Below, one piece after another: positions 36,440 through 50,637 of a stretch of 64,000 nucleotides of DNA; position 1 is the first letter of the stretch; every line of letters begins with the position of its first letter. Made by a program: the position numbers and the translations under genes. The stretch covers positions 250,294,001 to 250,358,000 of the forward strand of contig OZ024740.1 of assembly GCA_964016885.1 (NCBI GenBank). The letters are read 5' to 3'. This stretch comes from Eledone cirrhosa (lineage: Eukaryota). The notes below the pieces were generated by a model. The model was not told the origin of the DNA. It saw nothing but the letters and a program-made list of their open reading frames with translations, and made no database searches.

Positions 36440-36900
36440 TATCATCATCATCATCATCATCATCATTTAATGTCCATTTTCCATACTTGCATGGGTTAGA
36501 CGGGTTGTCACAGTATTGAAACATGTCAGGTCAGGTGATCATGTCTTACTCATACGGATCTGTATTTTGGCTTGGTTTCTACAGTTGGATGCCCTTCCTA
36601 ATGCCAACCACATTACAACATGAACTGGGTGCTTTATTTGTGGCACCATCTAACAGGATGGAATAGGTGCTTTTCATTGTGTCACCAACACAACCACCTT
36701 ACAGGGTAAACTGGGTGCATTTTTCTTGTAACACCAACATGACCACCATACAGGGTTGACTGGATGCTTTTTTCCTTCAAGTCACCAGCACAACCACTAT
36801 TGGGGTGAATTGGGGTGAATGGGGTGCTTTTGTTGTTGTGGCACCAGATCACCATACATGGTGGACTTAATGACATTTTTGTCATATCAGCAACATCAAG
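36440..36900 (-). repeat. RTE 3'-tail-like repeat with (GAT)n end and short degenerate tandem units (similar tails at ~39330-39610, 41600-41920 and 42365-42640)
   Basis: ggatgcccttcctaatgccaac core; repeated actgggtgctttt...gtggcacc units; (CAT)n tract. Confidence 0.6.
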
Positions 36901-38003
36901 AGGAAGAAAATGTGGGGTGAGTCCACTTTCCATGCATGGGTTGGACAAAAGTGGTGTATCAGGGTGAGGAAGGTAAGAACTGGTGGAACAAGTATGTAAG
37001 TTGGACATGGATGAGGTGAGTGGAATATTCAACTGGCAGGACAGGGTATTACGTCTAGGGAGGGTGAATTGAGGAGGGGTAGGGATAAAATTGGTGATAA
37101 GATGGAAAGTAGATCTTTTACTATACAGCATAATGTTAGAAATCTCAATCTGAAGTCATCTCCTTTGTGAGTTTTAATTGAAGAAGGTCAGCTTTTATCA
37201 CTTCATCCCAAGTTTTCTTAGGTCTTTTTTTTTCCATAGTTTCCATCAACTTTGAGTGCCCTGCACCTTTTTATACATTTGTTATCCACCATATGCATCA
37301 CATGTCCATACCACTGCAATCTCCTTTCCTGCTGACCCCTCTTATACCAAGTTTCTCTCTCAATTCATTGATGCTTTTAGACATCCATTGATGTATCCAA
37401 GCTTAATTTTTTTCCAATCATCATAGGTCCTCTGCACACAGTGCCCAAGTATCACTTCCAAGCAACATTGCTGTTCATACACAAGTGTCATACAATTAAA
37501 ATAAATACAAATCTATTTAAAATATATTTTCCTTTTTTATTTAATACATTTTTCAAAATTAAATATATTTGTCATTCCAAAGAAAACATTTCTAGTAAAA
37601 TTTATATACACCATAATATTTATTTATACCATAATATTTTAAGTGCTTAGGGCCTCAAAAGAACTTAATCCAGCCCTGGCATGAGTTCACACATTTTCTG
37701 CAAAGGAGCTGCTGATTATAATATCCTCAGTACTTAGCTGGTACTAACTCATGAAGGATGAAAGGCAAAGAGGACTTTGGTGAAATTTGAACTCAGAGCA
37801 TGAAGAGATGTAACCAAATACTGTAGTCTTTTGTTCAAAACTCTACTGATTCTTTCACTCGCCATCTTCTCTAATGTTTATGTATTATATATACTTTGAG
37901 CAATGCACAAAATTGGAAAGTAGGTGGATGTAGTCGATTTAAACCCTTTTGATGCCAACCCACTTGAATTCACACTGGTTTTATGATACAAAACTGCTTC
38001 TAA

Positions 38004-38738
38004 TCTAAAACAGAGAATGTCTGTTTGTCTGTCCCCCCTAAAACTCAAGAATCACCCAACCGATTTTTTTCAAACTTTACACATTTTAGGCTTTAAAGGA
38101 TTTTTTGAGGCATAACGGAACAATAATCCGGGTGATTTTTTCAAAATTTGCATTACTTATGTTGTTTAAAGTATTTTGAGCAAAGAGGATTTTCTCATTT
38201 TTTGCCCCAGGGACCGCATTAGGTGAAAAACCGATTTTTTAAAGCATTTTGGTTGTGTTAGGGCCTGTAACCTTTGCATATGCATTACTTATGTTTCACA
38301 AATTTTCTTGACTGAAAAAGATTTCAAGTTTTTTCCCGGGGACCGCATTGTTTAGCATTTTGGTTGCATTAGGGCCTGTAACCTTAAAAGTATCCAACTA
38401 AATTCCTTCATGCTCTCCACCACTGCAGTCCCACATGCTTACTGCTCTGTAACTATTGTTTTCATTGTACCATGGCACAACAAATACATGTTCGGTTTGT
38501 CGAATGCCTTTTTACTTAACCCTATCGTCTTGGCTTTCGTGGGTTGAACATTTTACTCTCAGACACCCAATTAAGTTAAACCCCTGGTAATCTACGACAA
38601 ATTTTTTTTATAAGCACAAAATGTAGACACCATTCCCAGGCCGAGGTATTCCGTACTTCTCTGTACTGTTTCAGAAAGGAGAGATAAACATACCAATCTA
38701 TGTTTAGAATCCCAAGCAATGCCGGGCCATTCTGCTAG
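38004..38738 (+). mobile_element. Non-autonomous Helitron
   Basis: A|TC start; subterminal cccaagcaatgccggg hairpin remnant; CTAG|T end (38735-38738); internal direct repeat ~38150-38390. Confidence 0.7.
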
Positions 38739-40829
38739 TTTTATTTAAAGTAATGTTCTATATGTTCACCTTGCTTATGAAAAAGTTAGCTATTTTATTA
38801 AATATTTTAAAATAATTATTTAAAAAATTAATTGAAACACATAGGCAGTGTATTTCATTAGAAATATGGTAATGAAAAAGTTAATTAAACTCATTACTTG
38901 ACTGGAACATATTTTAAAGATGACAGAAAAACAACTTTGGTAGGATTTGAACTCAGAACAAGAAACACAATTAAATATGAGGTGTGGGGGTTTCTACATA
39001 GTCACACTACCTGCTAAAATAGCAATTAAATCTCCCTTAAATTATACCCTATAATTTAAAAAAAAAAAAAAGGAAACATGTGTCCAGGATAATGTAGTTC
39101 TGGATACACTATACGATAGGCCTGCTGGATCAGGACTTTACCTGGAGTTAAATAACCACCTCACACAAGGCCTTCTCCCTGCTGTTAATCTATAAGAAAA
39201 ACCTCAGATAATCCATCATTCTGAGAGGATAAAAGCTGACCTTGTGCAATTGCACACACAGAAGACACACTCTCCCATGCATACAGACTCAAACATACAT
39301 CTAGTAGGCACCCATCCAACCATTTCTGTCCACAGCACCCTTACTCTGTAAAGTGGTGTTGGTATCAACAAAAAAAACAAAACATCCAGCCCACACTATA
39401 AAGTGGTTGTGTAGGCGTCATGACAAAAAGCACCCAGCCCACACTGTAAATGTGATTGGTTTTAGGAAGGGCAACCAGCCATAGAAACCTAGCCAGAAAC
39501 AGTTCTATATGAGTAAGACATGGTCACGACCCAACTTGCCTCTAATGAGACAACCCATCTAACCCACGCTAGTGTGGAAAATAGACATTAAACAAGGATG
39601 ATAATGATGATTTACTGCCCTGGACAACTTTTCATAAAAGCCTCTCTCTCATATTGGTATAAGGCTACACATTTGAATAGGAATTTAGAGTATTGATTGA
39701 TTTCAATACATAACTTATATTTAGTTCCTTGGTCCTAGTAGGATGATAAAAAAAAGGTCAACTCTTGCAAGATTTAAACACAGAACATATAAATATAAAA
39801 CTAAATACTGCTGGATATTTAATGTAAACCTTCCACTGTTTGTCATCATCCCACCCACCTTACCACAATATATATATAATTTATGAAGTCTTTCAAATAT
39901 GCACCACAAAACCAAAAATGGAAACAAAAAAAAAACAGCAGAAAAGAAAAAGAATGTACAAGTAAACTTCATGCATTTCTGCATGAAGTGTTGCCACAAA
40001 GAACAACCAGTGATATCCACTGCATTAACCATTCCACCTCACAGAGATTATTTCTCAGGCAGAGGAGAGCAGCAGTCTGGTAACCAGGAACACCACTGAT
40101 TTCAACTGATGGAAAAAGGAATGTGTTCATTAATGACTGGTACTTAATCATTTTCCATTCATTCCTTGTAGGAGGAAGTGTACAGGATTGATGACTAAAG
40201 CAATAGAATTGATTCTAAATTTGACTACAAAACCTCACACACTGAGAGAGGTGAGTGGTGTAATTGATCAAACTGGATGATGAGGAAGGGCTCAGTTCTT
40301 GACTGGTACTTAATATTATATAATACACTACTGCCAAGCCAGCCACTTCAAGTAATAAATTGTTTAAAACAAATAGTGACTTTATATACCTCCATGTCCC
40401 TTGACAGTTTGTTTCCAGTAAACTAGAACAGATAAAAGTGTCAAGTAGTTAATGCTATCTGACAGGAGGACTATTTCCGTTATGATTATGTTTGTAAAAG
40501 ATAACAGGCTGGATCAAGTATAAAGAAAGGTGAGTGGCAGGATTGTTGCAGCATTTTGAGGTAGTGATTGTGGTGGTAAGATATTGAGGGCAATGGTACT
40601 TCTAGTGTTAGTAAATAAATAATGTTTAGTGATTGAAATAATATATAAAGCTAACCAATATATAGAGTTGTTGGTGACTCATTCATGGTTGATAGTAAAA
40701 AAGTTTAGAGGTGATCTGGAAGGGTGCAGTGAGGACTGGTATTAACTCACACACACTTACATATACCAGCTCATAAAAGGCATGATGCCTCTCCTCTCCC
40801 TCCAGTGCATGCATGTATGTATGTAGTGG

Positions 40830-41530
40830 GATCACAGGTAAGCTATCTAAGAATGTAGATTTTATATGTGGCCAGTGCTCAGGTGCAATAAGTAACAAGT
40901 GCCCACAGGATACTAGCTCCTTCTATTGCCCAGATGGCTCTATAGAAATAGTAGACACCTTCCGTTACCTGGGTGACAAAAGCAGCAGTGGGGGAGGGTG
41001 CTCAGAAAGTACAGTAGCCAGAGTCAGAACGGGATGGAAAAAGTTCAGAGAGCTTACACCACTATTGGCCACTAAAGATTTCTCTCTAAAAATGAAAGGC
41101 AGACTGTATGATGCCTGTATACGAACAGATATGTTACATGGCAGTGAGACATGGGCATTGTGTGCAGAGGATCTGTGCAGACTGGAGAGGAAGGAAGCAT
41201 GCATGCTCCGATGGATGTGTAATAGTAATATACGTGAACAGCAAAGCATAAATGAACTAAGTGAGAAATTAGGTATAAAAGGGATCAGATGCTGTTTACT
41301 CGAGAGAAGACTACGTTGGTATGGTCACGCAATGTGCATGAAAGACGACAACTGTATAAAAAAGTGTAGGGCAATCAAAATTGACGGAAGTTACGGAGTA
41401 GGCAGATCCAGAAAAACCTGAGACGATTTGATAAATTCCGACCTTACACACTTACACCTCTCTAAGACAATGTCACCTGACCGAGATCTTTGGCGCCACA
41501 CAGTAATACAGAAAACCCGCATTGCCTAAG
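40830..41530 (+). mobile_element. RTE LINE 3' fragment
   Basis: FRYLGD, GWKKFREL, LHGSETW, RRLRWYGH, GRSRKT. Confidence 0.88.
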
Positions 41531-42699
41531 TACAAAGCAAAACCTACAGTCAGTAGGCACCTCTTAATCAAATATACACCCCCTCCCATTACTCAAACTC
41601 CCCCACCCCCATCAGCACCACCCCTTTCTCTGTAAAGTTATGTTGGTACCACCACATCCAGTCCTAAATAAATGAGGTTGTGTAGGTGTCACGACAAAAA
41701 ACACAGTCCACGCTGTAATGTGGCCGTGTAGGTAACACGGTAAAAACCTCCCAGTCCACACTGTAAACGTAGTTGGCGTTAGGAAGGGCATCCAGCTGTA
41801 GAAAACCTGCCAGACAGTCCCATACAACCGAGACGACCAATCTTGCCTCAAGTGGGACAATTCCCATCTAAACCCATGCTAGCATGGAAGATAGATGTTA
41901 AACGATGATGATGATGTATGTATGTATGTATGTATGTAAGGAGAGATGACCCCTTAGCCTTTGTCAAGGCAGAATTCTAGGAAAGGAAAACTCTGATATA
42001 ACACCTGCAACCCTGATGGTATCCAATGATGTTGACTTGTTCTTCTTTTTGGTAAATATCATCTTGGTTAAGAGAGTGGGACTGGCTTTGTGCAGTGCTC
42101 ACTATAAGAGCTTCACGGCACAGGCATTGCTTTATATCTGGAGATCTCTCTGCACTTGTCGTCACTTGTCAATAATTGTCACAAGTGTAGTGTTTGTACC
42201 AGAGTTTTCAAGTCAATGGCTGGACTAAAAAGTCACACTCATTCAGCGCATCGGTAGCGGTTCTCCTACCTGGATGTAAAGTAGTGGCCGTACTCGAAAA
42301 CGAGTTGGCAGTCACTATGTATGTATATATATGTATGTTTGCATGTGTATGTTTATGTGTATATATCATCATCATCATCATCATCACCATTTTACGTCCG
42401 TTCTTCCACGCTAGCATGGGTTAGACGGGTTGTCCTGTTGTGGGCAGTGTCTGGTCGGCTGACCATGCCTTGCTCATACAGGAACTGATTTGGCTTGATT
42501 TCTACTGCTGGATGCCCTTCCTAACACCAACCTCATTTACAGTGAGTGCTGGGTGCTTTTTCCTGGCGCCTACACGTCCACTTTACAGTGTGAGCTGGGT
42601 GCTTTTTTGCCGTGGCACCTCCACAACCACCTTGCAGTGGGGGGTGTGGGGGCATATTATCTATATGCTTCAGCTTGTACCCATGGGAGGTCAGGTACT

Positions 42700-44233
42700 C
42701 TGTATTACTGTGTGACGCCAGAGGCCACGGTCGTGTGTAATTGGGTAAGGTCGGCTTTTATCACCTCATCCCAGGTCTTCTTGGGTCTGCCCACTCCGCG
42801 GTTTCCATCGACTTCTAGTGCTCTGCACCTTTTTATGCAGCTGTCATCCTTCATACGCATCGCATGTCCATACAAACGCAACCGCCTCTCCTGCACACAG
42901 CATTTGATTCCTCTTATGCTCAGTCTCTCTCTCAATTCATTTATGCTTTGTCGTTCGCATATATTACTATTACACATCCATCGGAGCATGCAGGCTTCGT
43001 TTCCCTCTAATCTACGTAAGTCTTCCACCCTCAGCGCCCAGGTCTCACTACCATGCAACATCGCTCTTCGGATACACGCATCATACAGTCTGCCTTTCAT
43101 TTTGAGGGAGAAGCCTTTTGCAGCTAGCAATGGTAGTAGTTCCCTAAACTTCTTCCATCCCGTTCTTGCCCGAGTTAGTGTACTTTCTGAACACCCACCT
43201 CCGCTGCTAATTCGGTCACCTAGGTAACAGAAGCTGTCTACTGTTTCTACAGAGCCCTCCCAGAGATTGGTGGTACTTGTTTCCTGTGGCTGTTTGCTGC
43301 TTGCTGTCCCAGCACAGCTGCTGCATGTGAAGCCTACATTCTTAATTAAGCTTCCTGAGATCCTGCTACATCTCTTGCGTACCCATTGTTTACATTTGGG
43401 GCAGAGAATGGATTTCCTACCTACACCTTTCCTACATACTGAGCAAGGCCATTTCCCTGAGGGGATCTGGGTTCTGTCTTCTCGTCTACTTACAAGGACC
43501 TTAGTCTTTGTCATGTTGACTTTGAGACCCTTCTTTCTAGTTCCTGCTTCCAAGTTTGGAATTTCTTCTCTAGTTCTACCATAGATTCAGCTATAAGTGC
43601 GAGGTCATCAGCATACAGGAGTTCCCATGGGCATCCGGTCTTAAACTCCTCCGTTATTGCCTGCAGGACTATGATGAACAGGAGGGGGCTAAGAACAGAG
43701 CCCTGGTGGACCCCAACCTGTACGCTAAATTCCTCGCTATACTCATTGCTAATCCAAACTTTGCTGACTGCTCCCCTATACATGGCTTGTACTGCTTTCA
43801 CAAGCCATTCATCTACTCCTAGTTTTCTAAGAGCCCACCAGATTACAGCATGTGGAACTCTGTCAAAGGCTTTCTCAAGATCAACGAATGCCAGGTAGAG
43901 TGGCTTACTTATAGCTAGGTACTTTTCCGATAACTGCCTCACAAGGAAGAGGGCATCAGTGGTGCCTCTTCCTGGTACAAACCCAAATTGCATCTCATCT
44001 AGTTTCACCCGGTCCCTAATCAACTGTGCTATAACTCTTTCTGTTACTTTCATGACCTGGTCCATCAGCTTTATACCTCTATAGTTTCCTCTATCTAGTG
44101 CATCACCTTTACCTTTGTAGCAGTTGACAATGATGCTACTGCACCAATCTTTTGGTATGACACCTTCTAGTATTACCTGGTTAACAATACGTGTGGTTAT
44201 AGTGTGACCTACAGACCCAGATGCCTTCAGCAA
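42700..44233 (-). mobile_element. RTE LINE RT to C-terminal region with PHD-like finger (one frameshift ~43550)
   Basis: NYRGIKL, QFGF, DLEKAFD, GVHQGSVLSP, YADD, CSVC..CPKC..KRC..CSSC, GRPKKTW. Confidence 0.92.
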
Positions 44234-44558
44234 AGGGCCAATCCCACTCTCTGAACATCATTTGCATTTGCCCAAAAAGAAGAATTGTTCTACATCATTG
44301 GACGCAAACATAGTCGCTGGTATTATATCAGAGTGACATTCTCCCAGAGAGATGTCTTAATGAAGACTAGGAGTCTCTCGTTCCACAAGGAAAAAAAAAA
44401 CTTTATTGGATGGCTGCTGACTCTAGATTTCCTCTACCCTTTGACGGGTTTCGTTTTTCATCCTGCAGGGTGTCCAAAATAACCCTCCTCACCAAGCTTG
44501 CTTGGTGAGGTTGCCAGTATAGTCGTCGATGACCCGACCATGCACATATATATATAAT

Positions 44559-44788
44559 AAGAAGCTGGAATGAAGTTTCAATATAGCATCATTATGTTTA
44601 TACAAATGTGATGTTCATTTCATGATTGATCAGCTCAAGGTATGATCGGTAGTGATTGGGCCTGACTATGGAATTCCAGAGTCAAGCATGATCACTACTG
44701 TTCAAACCTTGAGCTGATCAATTGTGAAACACGTGTCGCATGTGAATAAACATAATGATGCTATATTGATACTTCATTCCTGCTTCTT
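44559..44788. repeat. 230-bp imperfect palindrome centred on GAATTC (44671-44676), no spacer
   Basis: aagaagctggaatgaagt...gattgatcagctcaagg...gaattc...ccttgagctgatcaat...acttcattcctgcttctt. Confidence 0.9.
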
Positions 44789-45284
44789 CTTATTCTTATT
44801 AACACTCTGCTTCTTAAGGTCTGACGATGGTAAAATACCAAATGTAGAATCCTCGCTAGCTGGACTCAAATATTAGCATTGATTGCTCAAACTGGTGAAC
44901 CATCAGTAACTAAACATTACACACCAATATACTATATATATTTAAAAGGATCGATCGATTTTCGTCAAATCGGACCAAGGAAACAATGTTTCCATTGGTC
45001 TTTCCAGTTGCTAGTACTATCTATCGGTCGCAACTCCAGGTAGAAGGGCAATGGGAAATAAAGTGTCTTGCTCAAGGACATAACGCATCGCCTGGTCCAG
45101 CAATCAAACTCACAACCTCAAGATTGTGAATCCAATTCTCTAACCACTCAGTCATACGCCTTCCCCACTATATATATATATATATATATATATATGATCA
45201 TCATCATCATCATCATCATCACCATTTAACATCTTATTTTACATGCTTGCATGGGTCAGACAGGTCATCAACGTTATGAAGCAA

Positions 45285-46000
45285 GTCTGGCTATTTGGCC
45301 ATGCCATACCTTGCTTAAACAGAACTGTATTTTGGCTGTTTTTTTTTAACAGCTGGATACCCTTGCTAACACCAACCACATTGACAGAGTGGAACTGGAT
45401 GGTCTCATTATGAGAGGGGTCTTTGCCAATTGGCTGCACGATACCCAGTTCATAGCAGGGCCTGTGTTTTGGCTGAAGATTTTTACACTGCTAGAATGTT
45501 CTTCCTAGTGCCAACTGTATTTACAGTGGACTGGGTGGTCACACACGTAAGGGAAGTCTAGCCAGTTGGCCGCGCCATACCTTGCTTATATGGGACCATG
45601 TCTTGGCTAGGTTTTTATGGCTGCTAGGAGCCCTTCCTAGCAACAACCATGTTTATAGTGTGGAACTGCGTGTTCCCATTATGGTGAGGGTCTTGCCAGC
45701 TGGCTGCACCAGACATTGCTCATATGGGACCGTGTTTTAGCTGTTTTTACAGCTGCCAGTTGCCTTTCTTAACACCAACCACGTTTACAGTGTGGGACTG
45801 GGTGGTCCCACTTATGAGGAATGTATGGCCAGTTAGCTGTGCCATACCTAGCTTGTACTGGATCACATTTTGGCTGCTTGATGTCCTTCCTAACACTAAC
45901 CATGTTTACAATGTGGAACAGGGGAAAGGTCCGTTATGAGGAGAGTCTGGCCAGTTGGCCATGCCATACCCTGCTCATAGCAGACCTATATTATGTGAGC
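45285..46000. repeat. Tandem array of about 5-6 diverged ~130-bp units derived from the RTE-tail-like repeat
   Basis: Recurring gccagttggccg.gccataccttgct...cttcctaacaccaaccacgtttacagtgtggaactg. Confidence 0.8.
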
Positions 46001-46219
46001 TGGGTGGACATGTTATGATACATACATATCTATATATTTCCACGTTTGCGCTGTGCAGTCATTAATGAATATTGTTGCTTTCCCATCCTCCTCCATTACT
46101 TTACAAAGCACATGCTCATACTATGACTTCATATTGGCATTTACCCAAGCTAGCATGGAAGATGTTAAATGATGATGATGATGACACAGAAGCCAATGAA
46201 GGTATAGGCAGATTTTATC

Positions 46220-48480
46220 ATGGTAGCACTTGTATTTTTTTGCACAAGGCTCTCACATCCACTTACCAGGTGGGCCACATTTTTTAAATTCTTTCCACAG
46301 AGCCTGAATTTCTGGGTGTCAAATTTTATAGATGCTATGTTTCACGAAATTGGTAGCAAGAACTTGGCCTTGTGCTGCAACTATAAGGCCTTCAGAGGCA
46401 TATTTCAAATCACTTTGCTTAAGCCATGTCCATGGGGTTGTTTTATCCTTGATATCCTGTGTATTTCTCTCAAACTGACGATGCATTCTCATTTCTAGAA
46501 GATTTTTGTTTTTTTTCTCTTCTGCTCTTTGCTTAAACTCTTCCTTATCAACCATTTCTACTGCAATCACACCCATATCTTTTGCTGCATATTGCAACAA
46601 CGTTTTGGCACTATTTATCAAATATCCTGGAAGTGTTTTCCTTTAACTCCTTATACAATGATCCACACTGATGAAGCCTCTGCCACCATTTTTTCTCTTT
46701 ATGTATAGTTTATTAATATTGGCTTTCTCGCCTTTCTATCTAATTTTTATATTTGTTCTTCAGTCCAACTGAGAATGGATGCACTATATCTAGCCACTGC
46801 AACTGCCCAGATATTCATTGCAGTGATCAGATTTCTCACATTCAAGTTGGGTTTTAAAATCATTTTTACTCTTTTTAAATATATCCTTCTAACCTTTTCT
46901 TTCATTTCTGCATACAAAATATCATCTAGCCCTAAGATCTCCAAATATTTATAGCTGCTATCTTCTGGTTCTCCCATGGGTTCTTCTGATGGCATTCATA
47001 ATCCACTACAAACTGCTTTCTTCCCTCTTTTCATGTTGCATACAGAGCATTTGGAAATCCCAAATTCCATACCAATGTCACTGCTACATATCTGAACTGT
47101 TTTAATCAATGAGTCTATTTGGTTTTCCGATATCCCAAACAGTTTCAGTCAACCATAAACAGAAGGGAGTTTATGAATGGCCCTTGCTTTCCACTTTGGT
47201 AGTCCATTTTTCTTTCTCTGGGTGTGAATGTTATAGGTACTATAACAAATAGTAACTGTGAGAATGAGTTGAAAGATACCACTTTTAATTGCTAATTCTC
47301 CCAGAAAGACGTTGCCAGAGTACAACTTCGTTTTCCAATCTGGTATACTATTCAGCATAAACTTTGCGATGTTGTCAGCAATACCGAACATCTCCAGGCA
47401 TTCACCAATCCAAGAATGGAGGACCATATCATATGCTTTCTTAAAGTCAATCCAGGCCATAGATGTTTGTGTGATGTTTCTTACAATGCCTCAAAACTCT
47501 CTTATCAATAATCTAGGTACCCTAGGAGTTCTTCCTACATCCTTTTTGTTTCTTTGATAGTATTCCTTCCAGTGACAGAAAAGCACATCTTCCCTGCAAA
47601 TATCCCAGTGAAAACTTTTCATATTATGTTTAGGCATGCTATAGGGTGGTAGTTTCCCCACAGCATTCCCCTTACTTCTATCTTTCATCACAAGCCTTGT
47701 CCTCCCTGTAACCATCCAGGTGGGGACTGCACCTCTCTGGACATAATCATTCAATTGTGTTGCTAGTCTTTCATGTATTGCATTGCATCTTTTCAACCAA
47801 AAGCCATGGATCCCATCTGGTCCAGGAGCTTTCTAGTTTGGTATCTTGGCTACTTGATCTTTCACATCAACTGTGCTTATGGTAATATTTCTTTGTATAT
47901 TTCCTCCTCGCAATTCTGTCTTGACAGTGTCTCACCAATTAGCATCCTTTCTATGCCTCATACTGTTTCCCCATATCCCATTTCAGAATTCCTTGGCCTT
48001 ATCAGCATTAAGGATAGCGTCCTTCTCATTCTCATTGTTTTCTTCCAAAGTGTGGAAGAATTGTTTTGTATTATTTTTTAACAATCTATTCTCAAACTGT
48101 TTATTTATATTTATATATCTCCTTATCTCTGTTATAGCTGTTCTATTACTGTATGGAATCCTCTCTTCTGTATTTTATATGTCTTGAGCAGTCTTTTTCC
48201 CATTTTTCCACTTTCCTCTAAACCATTTCTCAATTTTACTTAGATCCTGCCTTGATCGCATTATGGCATTTTCAAAGCGTCCTTTCCACCATGGTTCTTT
48301 TGCTTTACTTTGTTTAGTGCTCGTCAGTCACATTTGTTCCTCTACTAGCAGTGCAACAGCTCGGATAAGGTTCTTAGTTTGCGTTATGTCTTCTGTCTCA
48401 ATGTGTTATATGACAGCATTTATCGTTTTTGTAATTTTTAGGGCATTCATCAAATCCATAAGCTGTCTCAGTAACTCAAG
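46220..48480 (-). mobile_element. R4/Dong-like element (third family), degraded
   Basis: WIDFKKAYDMV.HSW, GIFQ, YKYLEI, EGLIVAAQGQ. Confidence 0.82.
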
Positions 48481-49018
48481 AAACTCATGATCATCACTGC
48501 CACCACCATCACTGTTAACACCACCACTGTAGTTGTGGTCTCGTTGTTGCTGTAATATTGTTAATTACAAGAACAACAACAATAATTATTATTTTTATTT
48601 TACTGACATGTGGAGTTATTTCGAACAGCTGTTGTGGATCCGGCTATCGACCAAGTCCATAGTGAGGATTGCCCCACCACCTTCTTTTGGGTGGAAAGGG
48701 CAGGCAGTTTTCCACTGTCTGGTGGTCGAAGTGAAAGAGGTTGTTTGGTGAACCATGCTGAAAGGACTGCAGACACTTTTCTCTTCGGCCAAACCCTCAT
48801 CAACTTTTTAAAGTTTTACTATCATTGTGGATTGGCAGTATCGGTAGAGGGTTGGACACCATGCTTTGCAGCAAAGAGTTACGGCCCTTTATGGTCTGAG
48901 TTTAAATCCCGCCGAGGTTAACTTTGCCTTTCATACTTACGGGGTCGATAAAATAAAGTACCAGTAATTCACTGGGATAATTGCTGGCCTTGTGCCAAAA
49001 GTAGAAACAATTATTATT

Positions 49019-50637
49019 TGTTCATGTGAATTATCACCAAGTCACAACCAGTGACCTCAAGAGACAAGGTCCGCCATGTTCAAGAAAGAACATACATACA
49101 CACACATGTATCTTTAGATGTTTACACTTGTGATGTATTTATATTGACAGAATCTTCCTTAGTATATGGGAAGTTCCCATTAGTACTGTCTTTTGTATCA
49201 TTCCTAGAGTGCCTACAACCACTGTTATTGTTTTAGTTCTCAATTTCCACATTTTTCCAATTTCTATCTCCAGGTCCTTATACTTGCTCAAATATTTTTA
49301 TAGATACATTCTTGTCTATAGGAACGGACATATCAATTAGCAGGCATACCCTCTTTTTAAAGTCCTTCAGTATTATATCAGGTCTATTTGCATCTATTTT
49401 TCGGTCTGTTTGGATGCTAAAGTTCCACAAGATTGAGATGTGACCTTTTTCAACTACGGGAGGTAGTTGATGCTCCTACCAATTCTTTTGATGGGGCAGG
49501 TCAAAATGCTTACATATTACCCAGTGTATGTATTGTGCTGCTGCTCTGTCATGCTTGCTAACAATAGGATTGTCATGTGGTTGGAACTATAGGACTGTAC
49601 AATGAGATTATATGATCAATGGTCTCTGGTTGTTTTTTTACATACACAACTTAATGGGTTGCATCCATTTTTTATGATGTTGACTTGATAATTTTTTGTT
49701 GGCAGACACTGATTTTGTGCTGATATAATCAGTCCTTCAGTCTCCGATTTCAGTCCAGAGGATGCCAACCACTATTTTGGCAACATCAGGATTGTTAGCT
49801 CTTTCTGGGTATTTTCCATACAGAGGCTTTTCTTGCCATTTCTTAGCCAGTTTCTTTAGTAGTTCTTTCTTTGCTGTTACTTTTACCTGCTTTGCTTTTT
49901 CTGTGTTTTCCATTTCAGCAGTAAATGGGACTTCTGAAATTTGTAGTCCATTACTGTAACATCTTTTGTAATGGAATATGATCTTTTGATGCTTTCATGC
50001 TTTAAAACGAGTTTGATCATCCAATCATGTGATTCCCTTAGATATGTAGATAATCCAATTGTTGCAGTTTTCAAAGCAATATCTAACTGGATTAATCCAC
50101 ATCCTCTTTCTTTCCTAGGGAGATATATTCTATCTGTATCTGCCTTAGGGTGATGCATTCTGTGCATGGTTAAGAATTTTGTATCGAGCCTACAGATCTC
50201 TGTGCTTGACCAGTTGATGACATTGAAACTGTAAGTTACTACTGGTATGGCAAGCGTATTTATGGCATCGATCCAATTCCTTTCATTCAATCCATTCTTA
50301 AGATTGCTCTTACTCTGCCGTAACATATCTTCCTTATCCTTTCCCTCATTGTCGAGTACTTGATTCTGTCTTCTTCACAAACACCTAGATATTTGTAAGT
50401 TTCTTCTTGATCAAGTTCTCTTATCACATTCCTCTGATCAAGATTAATGTCTGAACTTCTCAGCAGCTTTCCTCTGATGAATGTGGCTTTGGCGCAAGTA
50501 TCTGGTCCAAACTCCATTTTAATATCATCACTGAACTGCTTCACAGTGGATAATAGCCCTTGCAATTGCTCATCATTTGTTGAAAATAGCCTCAGGTCAT
50601 CCATGTAGAACAAGTGATTAAGGGTTTTGTCATAGAC
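49019..50637 (-). mobile_element. R4/Dong-like 3' fragment, same family as 18301-20705
   Basis: FYMDDLRLF, YKYLGV, RIYLPRK; same 3' UTR; (TTA)n at both ends. Confidence 0.88.

Noticed and set aside
39883-40099. Host coding exon or Cys-rich ORFs
   Set aside because: Short, with no recognisable domain or convincing splice context.
44821-44860. CTGACGA plus tggta/tacca hairpin as a hammerhead
   Set aside because: GAAA and stem III are missing; at best a dead remnant.
45285-46000. CRISPR-like array
   Set aside because: Whole units are homologous with no unique spacers, the context is eukaryotic, and no cas genes are present.
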